From: Hemiscyllium ocellatum
Lineage: Eukaryota
Reading direction: 5' to 3'
DNA length: 64,000 bases
NCBI RefSeq assembly: GCF_020745735.1
Contig: NC_083429.1
Location: 30,857,877 to 30,921,876, forward strand
Positions 1 through 13,538 of the stretch are shown here, piece by piece; positions within the stretch are counted from its first letter, which is position 1; each line of letters starts with the position of its first letter. Position numbers and translations under genes: made by a program. Under the pieces are notes generated by a model. That model did no database searches. It was given only the letters and a program-made list of their open reading frames with translations, and was not told the DNA's origin.

Positions 1-2299
1 TCCAATATCAGACCAGGGATTGGTTGGAGTTATATTGCACATGGAGTCAGTGCCTCTGCAGTGCAGAGAATGTGTCTCAGTCAGTCCTTTGCTTTCATAG
101 TGCTTCCAGTGGTTCTTGTTAATGTAGTCTGGGAGATGTCTATCCACCAGACATGGGTTTGAGTACAGCTTGCCGAGGGTTGTCCAGTCACCTTGGTCCC
201 TGGGCCAGTCCACCAAAGTGGGGATGTAAGTACAGCCGTTGTCATGGGATCAAGAATCGGAGTGTTACTCTCTTCACACTCTAGATAAGTTTGCAGAACA
301 TGGGCAGCAAGATTTGAAAAAAGGAGGACATACAGAGAAGCATGGCTGAGAAGTATGTAAAATGGGAGGGAAAGTTGTCAATGGTTAGGAGCACCATGGC
401 TTCAAGGAGTGGCAGTGTATGACCAGACCATGCATGGTCAGCTCACCTTCTTTCCCTCTCTCTCCTATTTATCTTATTGTTCCGTAGAAGGAGCAGAGGG
501 AGCTCGCTCAATTTAAGCTCATTGACCCTAAGTGTTTGGTGGAGCAGCTCCAGGGTGCTTCTGTGTAGTCAGACCAGATGAGCTGAGGGTTGTCCTTTTA
601 GAGAAAAGTTAAACCTCCTCAGCTTGAACTTCCAATGATCGATTGGAGGCAGGCAGGGTTGAAGTGGAGGGCCTAGCCACCTTTGCAGTGATCCCGAGTG
701 GAAAGTGTCCAGTGGCTTGGTTCCACCTCTGGAATGGTGTCTCCTTACAAGGTCCCGTCTCCTTGTAAGGAGGAGGCACCTGCACTGCAGTCAAAGCTTT
801 AAAGACCCTGACCCAATTCTGTCACCAGGTCTTCCATCCTGATGACCAACATGTGCCCATCTCCAGCAATCTCTATTGGTATTGGGCCTGGTTCTGTGTG
901 ACAGCTGCCAACTTGTCCATGATAGCAGTCAGGCAGTTGGATGATTCGCTGCAATGGGGCATTAAGGGCCATTGTGCTCCACATGCTTATCTGCTGCTCC
1001 TGTTCCTCCCTGACTGCCGACACCACAGATTCCTCTCTTGCCTGGGGCTGACTAGTCTCTGGCAGTCTGTTGCTGGATCAAATGTCCTGGAATTTCCACC
1101 ATAATGGCATTGTGAGCTTACCTACCACATGTTTGCTACAGCCGTTCAGGAAGGCAGCTCACCACAAGCATCCACAGGTCAGCTAGGGACGGGCAATAAA
1201 TGTTGGATCAGCCAATAACACCCACATCTCATGAGTGAATGAGAAAAGCCCACTTAGTGGAAAAAATATTCTGGAAATGTGTGTGGCAAGATGGAATTGA
1301 AATTGGATGTGAGAGTGACTTTTGGGGTGGGGTGGGGTAGATGAGTCTGGTCAGATAGAAAGAGAAGACTCACCAGGTCTCATGACAAACAGCCCTCTAA
1401 AAACCATAATATAACTTGGACTTGGCTAAATAAAGTTTTGAGTATCAACCTTTATTATTAATTCTGACTGTTTCTGATTCCATATTGGGAAACAGTCCAA
1501 ATGAACACTCTCGATGGGGTGAGGATGAGGTTTAATAATGTCACCCTACCTCTGTGGCTCGAGTCACATAGGCAGAAACAAATATTCATCCCTTTGGGCC
1601 CAGAGTTTTCATTCCATTGTCAACAAATGATAGGCATTTAGGTACATGTTACAGCTGTACAAATAACATTATATACTCTTATCAATGATGTAAACTGTTG
1701 CAGGCAATTCACACAAACCAATCCCAAGAACACTAAGGAGCAGATGTTAGTTGTAATTACATGTGTTTTATTATAAAGATATGGTTAATAGATATTAGCA
1801 TTAGGAAACCTAAATCTAATTCACATTTGTTGGTTCTTGTTTAACTGATATTAAAGAAGCTGCACTGACTTCAAACAATGGTGTTTGAAAGCTTTACTTA
1901 TTCATTTATATCTGACGGAAAGGCTTTGCAGTTTATAGAGCATATTTAATGAGTGTAATTAAAAATGACCGTGGCCCCTTTAAGCCAGACAAACTGATAA
2001 CTTTGTCTTTCAGAAAGAGCAGCTGTTCATGAGCAAGCTAGTTTGCCTGTTACAGACTCACCCAGCACTGAACACATTGGAGAATCTGGGCCTACATAGT
2101 TTTCACTGTGACTGAATCCAATCACAAATTTAAACCTACTGAACTGTAGGTTTTTCAAATGGTGGAAAAGGCTAAATCCTGAATGGTCTCTTCAAGGCAA
2201 TGGAGAATCCTGTATTTCGTAATAAGCAGCAGCAGTGGGAGTGGTGACAGTGAGGACCAGGGGCTGCCAGGCTGGTAAATTTCCCAATTAAATAATTAC

Positions 2300-5200
2300 C
2301 TCATGGAATCACTGGCCGCCATTTTGCAGCATTAGCAGGAGCGATGAGAATGAGGAGCTGAGTGAGAGCAGTCAAATTGCACACTGGGAAGGTGAGTGAA
2401 CTGATATATTTGGGAAGTGGATAAACCCAAGACACTACATGTGTAATGTTTCCCACCTGCCTGCCTCCTCTAACTGAAAAAAAAAGACCCTATGGTTGTG
2501 TTGATAAGGTTTTTCTTTTTCTTTTTCATCATTTGCTGGTAGTGTCATTGGTAATTTTTAATTTCATTTATCTACTATTTGATATTATGGTTAGCCTAAG
2601 TTAAACTTAAGAGCAAAACTGGCAGGGGTTTGCAGACCTGTGTTATGCTCCCTTGCTCATTGTGGGAGCTCAGGAACACAGCTGATGTTCCTGACTCCTT
2701 CATGTGCAGAAGTGTGTCCAGCTGCATCTCTTGTTAAGCCTCATGATGGTGCTGGAATTGCAGATGAACTCAGTTTGGAGCATCTGCGATGCTGAGGATG
2801 TCGTAGATATTGAGCGAGTTGGACGCACTGCAGATTGGGATTGCTGAGGGAGAAAGAGAATGGGTGACCAAAAGGCAGAGAATGAGCAGGAAGATAGTGC
2901 AGGTATCCCCTGCATTCATCTCCATCCAAAACAGGTATGCTGTTAGGGATACTATATGGGATACTATATGGCTCACCAGGGGAAGGCAGCAATAGCCAGC
3001 TTCATGGCACCGTGTCTGGCTCTGCTGTACAGAAGGCTGGGAAAAAGAGTGGAAGGGCTATAGACACAGGGGATTCAATTGTAAGGGAAGTAGATAGGTG
3101 CTTCTGTGGACAAAAACATGACTCCTGAATGGTATGCTGCCTCTCAGGTGCATAGGTCAGGGATGTCTCGGATTGACTGCAGAACATTCTCAAGGGGTAG
3201 GGTGAACAGCCAATTGTCATGGTGCATGTAGGCGCCAATGATATAGGTAAAAAACGGGATGAGATCCTACAAGCAGAATTTAGGGAGTTAGAAGCCAAGT
3301 TAAAAAGTAGGACCTCAGAGGTAGAAATCTCAGGATTGTGACCAGTACCACACGCTAGTCAGAATAGAAATGAAAGGATAGGCAGGATGAATGTGTGGTT
3401 TGAGAGATGGTGCAAGAGGGAGCAGTTCAGATTTTTGGGAAATTCAGACCAGCTCTGGGGGAGGTGGGACTATTACAAATTGGGCAGTCTACGCTTGAGC
3501 TGAACTGGAATCAATATCCGAGGGAGTGCTTTTGCTAACACTGTAGTGAAGGGTTTAAACGAATGTGACAGGGGGAATGGGACCCAAATGAGGAAGTTAG
3601 TGGACAGTAAGAAGATAGTAACTAAAGCCTGTAAGGAAGGAGGTAATGAAATCAGCATGATTAAAGGGAAGAGTAGGTCGGGAGCAGATGATGAACGCAA
3701 ATGGATAGGTGATCTGAGGTGCATTTGTTTTAATGGGAGAAGTGTAGTTGGTAAGGCAGATGAACTTAGGGCTTGGATTAGTACCTGGGAGTATGATGTT
3801 ATTGTTATTACTGATACTTGGATGAGGGAAGGGCATGATTGGCAACTAAGTATCCCAGGATACTGATGCTTGAGGTGGGATAGAGAGGAAGGCAGAAGGG
3901 GTGGAGGAGTTGCATTCCTGGACAGAAAAGTTATCACAGCTGTGCTGAAGGAGGACATTATGGAGGACTTGAGCAGTGAGGCAATATGGGCAGAGCTCAG
4001 AAATAGGAAAGGTGCGGTAACAATGTTAGGTCTATACTACAGGCCTCCCAAAAGAGAACGTGAGATAGAGGTGCAAATATATCGACATGTTATGGAAAGA
4101 TGTAGGAGCAAAAGTGTGGTGGTGATGGCAGGTTTTAATTTTCCAAACATTGACTAGGATTTACTTAGTGTTGGTGGTTTAGATGGAGCAGAATTTGGAA
4201 GGAGCATCCAGGAGGGTTTTATAGAGCAGTATGTAAATAGTCCAATTCAGTAAGGGGTCAGACTGTACTTGATGTTGGGGAATGAGCCCGGCCAAGTGAC
4301 TGAAGTTTCAGTAGGGAATTTCTTTGGGAATAGTGATCATAATTCTGTAAGTTTTAGAATATTAATGGACAAAGATGAGAGTGGCCCTAAAGGAAGAGAG
4401 CTAAATTGAGGAAAGGCCAACTATAGCAAATTTTGGCAGGAGCTGGGGAATGTGGATTGGGAGCATCTGTTTGAGGGTAAATCCACATTTGATATGTGGG
4501 AGGCTTATAAAGAGAGGTTGATTAGAGTGCAGGACAGACATGTCCCTGTGAAAATAAGGGATAGAAATGGCAAGGTTAAGGAACCATGGATATCAGGTGA
4601 AATTGTGAGACTAGCTAAGAGCATACATAAGGTCTAGGCAACTGACAACAGACAAAGCTTTGAAAGAATATTGGAAAAGTAGGACCAGTCTGAAATGAGG
4701 GCTAAAAGGGGTCATGAAATATCTTTAGCAAATAGGGTTAAGGAAAATCTCAAAGCCTTTTATTCTTATATAAGGAGCAAGAGGGTAACTTGAGAAAGGG
4801 TCGGCCCACTCAAGGACAAAGGAGGGAAGTTATGTGTGGAGTCAAAGAAAATGGTTGAGATTCTCGATGCGTACTTTACGACAGTATTCACTGAGGAGAG
4901 GGACATGACGGATGTTGAGGTTAGGGATAGATGATTAATTACTCTAGATCAAGTTGGCATAAGGAGGGGGGGAGCTGGTGGGTATTCTAAAAGGCATTAA
5001 GGTGGACAGGTCCCCAGGTCCGTATGGGATCTATCCCAGGTTACTGAGGGAAGGGAGAGAGGAAATAGCTGTGGCCTTAGCTGATATGTTTTCAGAATCC
5101 TTGAACACGGGTGAGGTTCTGGAGGACTGGAGAGTTGCTCATGTTGTCCCCTTGTTTCAGAAGGGTAGCAAGGATAATCCCAGTAATTATAGATTGGTGA

Positions 5201-6838
5201 GCCTGACGTCAGTGGTAGGGAAGCTGCTAGAGAAAATACTAAAGGATAAGCTCTATTTACATTTGGAAGAAAATGGGTTTATGTACAGGGAAGATTATGT
5301 CTTATCACCTTAATAGAATTTTTTGAAGAAGTGACAAAGTTGATTGATGAGGGAAGGGCTTCAGATATCATATATATGAACTTCAGTGAGGTAATGATAA
5401 GGTTCCCCCATGGTAAGCTGATGGAGAACGTGAAGTCACATGGGGTCTAGGGATATATTGATAGAGAACTGGCTGGGCAACAGGAGACTGAGAGTAGTAG
5501 TCGAAGGAAGTTTCTCAAACTGGAGAATTGTGACCAGTGGTGTTCCACAGGGATCTATGTTGTTTGTGATATACATAAATGATCTGGAGGAAGTATAGCT
5601 GGTCTGATTAACAAGTTTGCAGATTAGATTCCCTATAGTGTGGAAACAGTCCCTTCAGCCCTACAAGTCCATACCGACCCTCCAAACAGCAACCTACCCA
5701 GACGCTATATTTACCCTTGACTAATGCACTGAGGACTATGGGCAATTTAGCATGGCCAATTACACCTGACTAGCACACCTTTGGATTGTGGGAGGAAACC
5801 AGAGCACCCAGAGGAAACCCACGCAGACACGGGGAGAATGTGCAAACTCGGCACAGTTTTCCAAGGCTGGAATTGAACCCAGGTCCCTGGCACTGTGAGG
5901 CAGCAGTGCTAACCACTGAGCCACCGTGCTGTCCCTTGGCACTAAGATTGATGGAGTAGCAGATAATGAAGGGGTCTGTCAGAAAATACAGAAGAATATA
6001 GATATATTGGAGAGTTGGATAGAGAAATGGCAAATGGAGTTCAATCCAGGCAAATGCGAGGTGATGCATTTTGGAAGATCCAATTCAAGAGCGAACTATC
6101 CAGTAAATGGAAAAGCAATGGGGAAAATTGATGTATAGAGAGCTCTGGGTGTTCAAGACCATTGTACCCTGAAGGTGGCAACACAGATCAATAAAGTAGT
6201 CAAAAATGCATATGGCATGCTTTCCTTCATCAGACGGGGTATTGAGTACAAGAGTTAGCAGGTCATGTTACAGTTGTATAGGACTTTGGTTCTGCCACAT
6301 TTAGAATACTGCATACAGTTCTGGTCACCACATTAACAGAAGGATGTGGATGCTTTGGAAAGTGTTCAGAGGAGGCTCACCAGGATGTTGCCTGGTATGG
6401 AGAATGCTAGCTATGAGGAGAGGTTGAGTGGATTAGGATTATTTTAATGAGAAAGATGGATGTTGAGTGGGGACCTGAACAAGGTCTACAAAATCATGAG
6501 AGGTATAGACAGGGTGGGTGGCAAGAAGCTTTTTCCCAGAGTGGGGGACTCAATTACTAGGGGTCACAAGTTCAAGGTGAGAGGGAAAGTGTTTAAGGGA
6601 AATATGCATGGAAAGTTCTTTATGCAGAAGGTGGTGAGTGCCTGGAATGCATTGCCAGTAGAGGTGGTAGAGGAGGGCACAAGATGTCATTTAAGATGTA
6701 CCTAGACAGATACATCAGTGGGCAGGGAGCAGAGGGATACAGATCCTTGGAAAATAGGTGACAGGTTTAGATCAAGGATTTGGATTTGCACAGGCAGAAG
6801 GACCTGTTCCTGTGCTGTAATTTTCTTTGTTTTTTTGT
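2300..6838 (+). mobile_element. Near full-length degenerate CR1-clade LINE: ORF1 zinc finger plus SGNH esterase, ORF2 APE endonuclease plus RT
   Basis: ORF1 GDSIVR..D..FCG and VHVGANDIG; APE FNGRS, ITDTW, GGGVA, YYRPP; RT KVDRSPGPYGIYPRLLRE, NYRLVSLTSVVGKLLE, KFAD/GTKI; CR1-type 3' tail. Many stops; the 5' boundary is approximate. Confidence 0.9.
5625..5936 (-). mobile_element. HE1-like tRNA-derived SINE inserted in the CR1 RT
   Basis: Reverse complement starts GCACGGTGGCTCAGTGGTTAGCACTGCTGCCTCACAG (A box) with a B box GGTTCAATTCC; (AATCT)-type tail. Confidence 0.85.
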
Positions 6839-7194
6839 TCTTTACTCTCAAAATCTTACAGGAGGAAAAGATTGTTTGACTAGGTGGGATGGAGGGGACA
6901 TATCACTGGAGGCAGATGATAATACCCCCAGATTCAGCAACCTTTTTAAAGCCAAAAATTGAACAGCGAGATGATTTAAAATACCCTGTAGGAAACAGCA
7001 CTCACCACCTTCTGCATAAAGAACTTTCCATGCATATTTCCCTTAAACACTTTCCCTTAAACATTATCACCACCACCTGTCAGGCGTGGAGAGACGACAT
7101 CAGCCTTGTTATCAGGACAGTTGTATGATAATGGCGATGTTGTCATTAAACACATTGTTAATATGTTAAAATGCAATATACTTATGTTGGCCAT

Positions 7195-7760
7195 AAACAA
7201 ATGTCAGAAGGTTCGCAGAAAAGTCCTTTCCACAGAAATGGCCCTGAGCTTCCAGTTGCCTGTCACTTCAAACACCACCATGTTCCCCGGCCAACATCTC
7301 TGTCTCTGGCTTGCTGCAGTGCTCTAGTGAAGCTCAGTGGAAGCTGGAAGAACATTATTTCAGTTTCTGGGAACCCTGCAGTCTTCAGGCCTCAATATCG
7401 AGTTCAGTAATGATAGAGCCAGTACACCTTCACTCATGTCCTTATCCCCAAGCTCACACACCAGGCCATGTCATCCCATGGACTACTACCACACACAAAC
7501 TGTTGTCCATTGTTAATAGCCCACATTAAGAGCTATTCATTCTCCCCTGGCTGAACTCTGACCACCCAATTGTTCTCTTTCTCTGTGCTCCATCTCCACA
7601 TATCATTTAATCCTCTTCCCTTCCCCTACCCCATCTCCGGCATACATACTAATCTTTTCTGAGTTATAGTCAGTTCTGAAGAAAAGTCACTGGATCTGGA
7701 ATGTTAACTTTGCTTTCTTTCCACAGATGTTGCCACATGTCTGTGGAGAGAAAGCAAATA
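7195..7760 (+). mobile_element. Penelope-like 3' remnant (end of GIY-YIG region)
   Basis: LPVACHF...LLQCSSEAQ.KLEEH-like translation, followed by a tail like other PLE fragments in the window. Confidence 0.5.
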
Positions 7761-8649
7761 TAACGTTTCACTGCCACATCTGTGGAGATTTTCCAGCATT
7801 TTCTGTTTATTTGCCAGAAAGTCTGATTTCATGTCATCACACGTTGACAAATATAATAAATGCTACAAAAGAGCATTGAAATGACAGAAGGATGCCAAAA
7901 TCCTGAACAAATTGAGCTCTACTATCTGCCTGTGCTGCCACCAAGTGTACAAGCCAGTAGCAGCAATTGTATTGACTGCTAAGGATTAGCTTCTTTTCAT
8001 TGTACAAGAGACAGTCTGCTCATGTGAACTGCATCACGTGAAAAACACCCATATTATGCCAACATTTATGGGCGTGATCAACAATGTGGCAACCCCCTTT
8101 GAATTCACCATCCAATCTGAGCAATGAATTTTCGCTCAGCTGAAACTTACATCAGTTTCCACGACTGAGATACAGATAGGTCCTGGGTAATGTTGCACAA
8201 CATCTGGTTGTTTGAACAGATGGCAGCTGCATGACTTCAAAAATGTCGCAATATTTGTAAACCTAATTTATGCGTTTCAATAGCCCAAATATTCTGGTAA
8301 AGGGGCGGATGAGGAAATATGTTCCTGGCAAATGCATACGAGGTGGATGGGTGTGGGGAGTTAGTTCTTGCTCTTCTGCCTACACTGGCAATGGGATGAG
8401 ATATTAACTCAAAGCCATGCCTGTATTGTGCATGCAAATGCAAATGTCCCAGGGCATTATTTAAAGCAGGGCAGGGGATCCCAATATCTATCCCTCAATC
8501 GACGTCACAAGAGGCAGATTATCTAATCATTACTACTTGTTTATCACACCCATAAATATTGATGGAATATGACAATGGATCTATATTGTAACAAACCAAA
8601 GTAGAGGCAGAATATTGATACATTGCCAAGTTAATCAGTCTGGATATTT

Positions 8650-9245
8650 TCGAACCAACCTATTCAGGTTATTACATATGTCTGGAGCAGGCGGAACTTG
8701 AACGCATGGCCTCCTGACTCACAAGTAGAGATGCTACCACTGCACCACTAAACCATCCCAATTTGACACAGAAATGTGAATTAACCTGTTCAGAGATGTT
8801 ATTACACATCTTTGGGACAGGTAGGGACTTGAATAGATATCTTCTGACTCGAAGGTAGGAGCATGAGCAATGCACCACACCAGCCTTCCAAACCGCTGTA
8901 GATATTTTCTAACCAACCTGCTCAGGGGTTTTATGATACAACTTTGGATCAGGTGAAGTTGAGCCTCCTGGTCTGGAGGTAGAGATGCTATCATTTCATC
9001 CCAAAAACCCTCCCAAATTTGCAGTTGTTATTTTCCAATGAACCGGTTCAGAGATGTTACTACACTCCGCTGGAACAATTGGGACTTGAACCAGAGTGTC
9101 CCTGCTCAGATGTATGGACACTATCCCGGGGCCACAAGAACCCACCTCTCAGAGATTTTCTAAATCAATCTGTAGAGGTGGGTTTTGAACTTTGGTCTCC
9201 TTCTCCAGAGGTAGGGTCACTACCATTGCCAGACAAGAGGCCTCC
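8650..9245 (-). repeat. Degenerate tandem array of about five ~120-nt tRNA/SINE-head-like units
   Basis: Recurrent AACC(T)GTTCAGAGATGTTA.TACAC...GGACTTGAA...GGTAG.GA...CTACCA.TGCACCAC motif at about 8650, 8780, 8910, 9040 and 9165. Confidence 0.55.
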
Positions 9246-9604
9246 CCAATTTGGTCTATCATTGATTTGTATAGGATGCAACAAGTGAACTTGTATGTCT
9301 CAATAGCTAATTGCTTGTTTAGATTTCTATTTTAAACCATCTGGCCAGTTTGTCTGATCACATTATATTGTTTATACATATCACAGGTCAAACTGAGTAT
9401 GTCATATAAATGATTCTGTCACCAGTTTAATTGACCTGCTTAAACTTCCACACTGAGATCAGATAGCAAACAAAAGGACAAATAAATGATAACAGTTCTT
9501 TAAAATTAACGCATAGCATCTGGTGTCCCTGGCAAGAATTTATTAGCCATAGCTAACAACTGAGAAGTTGCCTAGGTCATTATCTCAGAAGGTAAGAACC
9601 TTGG

Positions 9605-9794
9605 AATATCTACAATGTGGAACCAAGCCATTTGGTCCAACAAGTCCACACTGACCCTCTGAAGAGCAACCCACCCAGAGCCATTCCCCTCCCTCTTACT
9701 CTACATTTACCCTAACTAATGCACCTAACCCACACATCTCTGAACACTATGGGCAATTTAGCACGGCCAATTCACCTAACCTGTACATCTTTGG
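9605..9794 (-). mobile_element. 3' half of an HE1-like SINE split by a Penelope insertion
   Basis: Continues at 13373; TSD TGTACATCTTTGG / TGTGCATCTTTGG. Confidence 0.8.
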
Positions 9795-9886
9795 GTTGAT
9801 TTGGAGATGCCGGTGTTGGACTGGGGTGTACAAAGTTAAAAATCACACAACACCAGGTTATAGTTCAACAGGTTTAATTGGAAGCA

Positions 9887-9921
9887 CACTAGCTTTCGGA
9901 GCGACACTCCTTCATCAGGTG
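9887..9921 (-). ncRNA. Minimal hammerhead ribozyme motif in the inverted pseudo-LTR
   Basis: CAC-CUGAUGA-A-GGAGU(GUC)GCUCC-GAAAGCUA-GUG on the minus strand. Confidence 0.75.
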
Positions 9922-10347
9922 ATAGTGGAGGGCTCGATCGTAACACAGAATTTATAGCAAAAAATTGCAGTGTGATGTAACTGAAAGTATACATTGAAAA
10001 ATTGATTGTCTGTTAAGCCTTTCATCTGTTAGAATACAGTGATAGTTTCACTTCTTTCATGAGTAAATCACAAAACCTTTTTTTTAAAGTTGCATTCTCG
10101 GGTTAGCTGTTAACAATGGTGATAGCTAGACAATATGTTGAAGGTGTTTGCCCCCTGTGTTCTCTGTCTATGACCTGATATTTAGATTGATTCTAATCTA
10201 AAAAGTGAGATAACAGAGTTTTACATAAATTCATACAGTTTTTGAGCTCAGAGCTCTACATGAATGTATGCAGTTTTTGAGCAAAGTGCAATGTAACTCT
10301 GCAAATACAAATTCACCCCACAAAATATATGTGTGCATGTGGGTCTT

Positions 10348-10378
<31 letters not shown>

Positions 10379-13283
10379 CTGTCTGGGTTGGGGGTTGTGA
10401 GTGTGAGAAAGTGTGTGTGTGTAGTGAGTGCAGAGTGTCTTAAATCTGTGAAGGGGTGTATATGTGAGTGTGGGAGTGTGTGTGTCTATAAAGGTGTATG
10501 TGGGTGTCTGTATGCGCATCTGTGCGTACTGTGTCCGTGTGTATGTGAGAGTGTGTGTGTGTGTAGTAATATCTGTGTGTGTGTGTGTGTGTAGTGCAAT
10601 GGTGATCACCTGTAATGTGACATGAACCCAAGATCCCGGTTGAGGCCCTTCCTATGGGTACCGAACTTAGCTTATACATGGACCCCAGGGCCGCTGCCCA
10701 GGGCTTGACATGTATGCTCAAACTGTCAGGAAATATATAAATGCCAGATTCATCAGCTGTACCCACAAGGCAGAGCAAAACATCACCCGTTCACAACGCA
10801 ATGCCATCCAGGCTCTCAAAACCAATCACAACATTGTCATCAAACAGCAGATAAAGGAGGAGCCATTGTCATTCAGAATAGAACAGATTACTGCAAGGAA
10901 GTGTACCGACAACTGAACAACCAGGAACACTACAGGCAACTACTAGTTGATCCGACCAAAGAACACACCCGAGAATTAAACACACTGATCAGAACTTTGG
11001 ATCCAGTCCTTCAGAGTTCCTACGCGCTCTCAACCCATGTACTTCTCGTCTAGGCGACTTCTACTGCCCTCCAAAGGTACACAAAGCCAACACACCGGGA
11101 CGTCCCATTGTGTCGGGCAGTGGGACCCTATGTGAGAATCTCTCTGGCTATGTGGAAGGCATCTTGAAACCTATTGTACAGGGGATCTCCAGCTTCTGTC
11201 GTGACACTACGGATTTCTTACAGAAACTCAGCACCCACGGACCAGTCGAACTGGGAACATTCCTCATCACAATGGACGTTTCCGCACTCTACACCAGCAT
11301 CCCCCACAAGGATGGCATTGCAGATACAGCCTCAGTACTCAACACCAACAACTGCCAGTCTCCAAACACCATCCTATAACTCATCCGCTTTATCCTCGAT
11401 CATAATGTCCTCACCTTTGACAACCAATTCTTCATCCAGACACACGGAACAACCATGGGGACCAAATTTGCACCCCAATATGCTAATATTTTTATGCACA
11501 GGTTCAAACAAAATTTCTTCTCTTTGCAGGATCTCCGACCAACATTGTACACCAGGTACATTGATGACATTTTCTTCCTCTGGACCCATGGCAAGGAGTC
11601 ACTGATAAAACTACACAGTGACATCAACAAGTTTCATCCCACCATCAAACTCACCATGGACTACTCTCGACTGCCTATCTCATTCTTGGGCATGTGCGTC
11701 TCCATCAAGGATGGACACCTCAGCACCACACTCTATAGCAAACCCACAGACAACCTCACAATGCTACACTTCTCCAGCTTCCACCCAAAACATATTAAAT
11801 CAGCCATTCCCTGTGGACAAGCCCTACGCATATACCGGATTTGCTCAGATGAAAAGGAATGTGACGGACACCTGGAAGTACTCAAGGATGCCCTCACAAG
11901 AACGGGGTACGATGCTCAACTCATCGACTGCCAGCTCCAACGTGCCACAGCAAGGAACTGTAATGACCTCCTCAGGAGACAGACACGTGCTGCAATTGAG
12001 AGGGTACACTTTGTTGTTCAGTACTTCCAGGGGCTGAAAAAGTACGCCATGTTCTTCGTGACCTGCAACACATTATCAATGAGGATGAGCACCTCACCAA
12101 GACCTGCCCCACACTTCCACTACTTGCCTTTAAACAACCGCCAAACCTCAAACAGATCATTGTTCGTAGCAAACTGCCCGGCTCTCAGGACAACTCCATA
12201 CAACCCTGTCACGGTGGACTCTGCAAGATGTGTCAGATTGTGGACATAGATACCACTATTACGCGTGGAAACACCTCCTATCTTGTACATGGCAGGTAAT
12301 CATGTGACTCAGCCAACGTTGTCTATCTTATACGTTGCAGGCAAAATGCCCGGAGGCATGGTACATTGGGGAAACCGAGCAAAGGCTACGACAACGGATG
12401 AATGGGCACCGCACAACAATCAACAGACAGGAGGGTTCCCTTCCAGTTGGGGAACACTTCAGTGGTCCAGGACATTCAGCCTCGGACCTTCTGGTGACCA
12501 TCCTCCAAGGTGGACTTCAGGACAGGCAGCAGAGGAAAGTGGCCGAGTAGAGGCTGATAGCTAAGTTCGGTACCCATAGGGAGGGCCTCAACCGGGACCT
12601 TGGGTTCATGTCACATTACAGGTGATCACCATTGCACTACACCCACACACAAATATTCCTACACACACACACTCTCACATAAACACGGACAAACAGGGAC
12701 ACACACATGCGCACACAGACACCCACACACACCCTTACAGATACACACACTCCCACACTCACACATATACCCCCTCACAGACTCTGCACTCACTACACAC
12801 ACACACTTTCTCACACTCACAACCCCCACCCCAGACAGACACACACACACACAGACAAAGACCCACATGCACACATATATTTTGTGGGGTGAATTTGTAC
12901 TTGCAGAGTTACATTGTAATTTGCTCAAAAACTGCATACATTCATGTAGTGCTCTGAGCTCAAAAACTGCATGAATTTATGTAAAACTCTATTATCTCAC
13001 TTTTTAGATTAGAATCAATCTAAACATCAGGTCATAGACAGAGAACACAGGGGGCTAACACCTTCAACACATTGTCTAGCTATCACCGTTATTAACAGCT
13101 AACCTGAGAATGCAACTTTAAAAAAAAGGTTTTGTGATTTACACATGGAAGAAGTGAAACTATCACTGTATTCTAACAGATGAAAGGCTTAACAGACAAT
13201 CAATTTTTCAATGTATACTTTCAGTTACATCACACTGCAATTTTTTGCTATAAATTCTGTGTTATGATCGAGCTCTCCAAAAT

Positions 13284-13318
13284 CACCTGATGAAGGAGCA
13301 TGGCTCCGAAAGCTAGTG
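13284..13318 (+). ncRNA. Minimal hammerhead ribozyme motif in the pseudo-LTR
   Basis: CAC-CUGAUGA-A-GGAGC(AUG)GCUCC-GAAAGCUA-GUG: intact core, stem II, palindromic AGCU stem III, stem I CAC/GUG; predicted cleavage after 13315. Confidence 0.75.
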
Positions 13319-13372
13319 TGCTTCCAATTAAACCTATTGGACTATAACCTGGTACTATGTGATTTTTAACTT

Positions 13373-13538
13373 TGTGCATCTTTGGATTGTGGGAGAAAAC
13401 CAGAGCATCCGGAGGAAACTCATGTAGACATGGGGAGAAAGTGCAAATCTACACAGACAGTTGCCCAAGGATGGAATAGAACCCAGGTCCCTGGCGTTGT
13501 GAGGCAGTAGTGCTAACTACTGAGCCATTGTGCTGCCC
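13373..13538 (-). mobile_element. 5' half of the same split SINE
   Basis: Contains the SINE head; joins to 9605..9794. Confidence 0.8.

Larger units (their letters stand above)
9795..13372 (+). mobile_element. Penelope-like element with inverted pseudo-LTRs (9798..10672 and 12559..13375) around a disrupted RT plus GIY-YIG ORF
   Basis: RT motifs ITMDVSALYTSIP, MGTKFAPQYANIFM, RYIDDIFFLW, LYSKPTD; GIY-YIG WYIGETEQRLRQRMNGH; ~820-870 nt inverted repeat containing (CA)n; 13-nt TSD. Confidence 0.9.

Noticed and set aside
1-1100. Short ORFs at the window start
   Set aside because: No recognisable domain; probably old repeat-derived sequence that I could not classify.
2014-2100. Possible terminal exon of an upstream gene after a CTTTCAG acceptor
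   Set aside because: No recognisable motif or linked exon.
10268-10778. His/Thr- and Cys/Val-rich ORFs here and at 12600..12974
   Set aside because: Translations of (CA)n/(TG)n tracts inside Penelope pseudo-LTRs.
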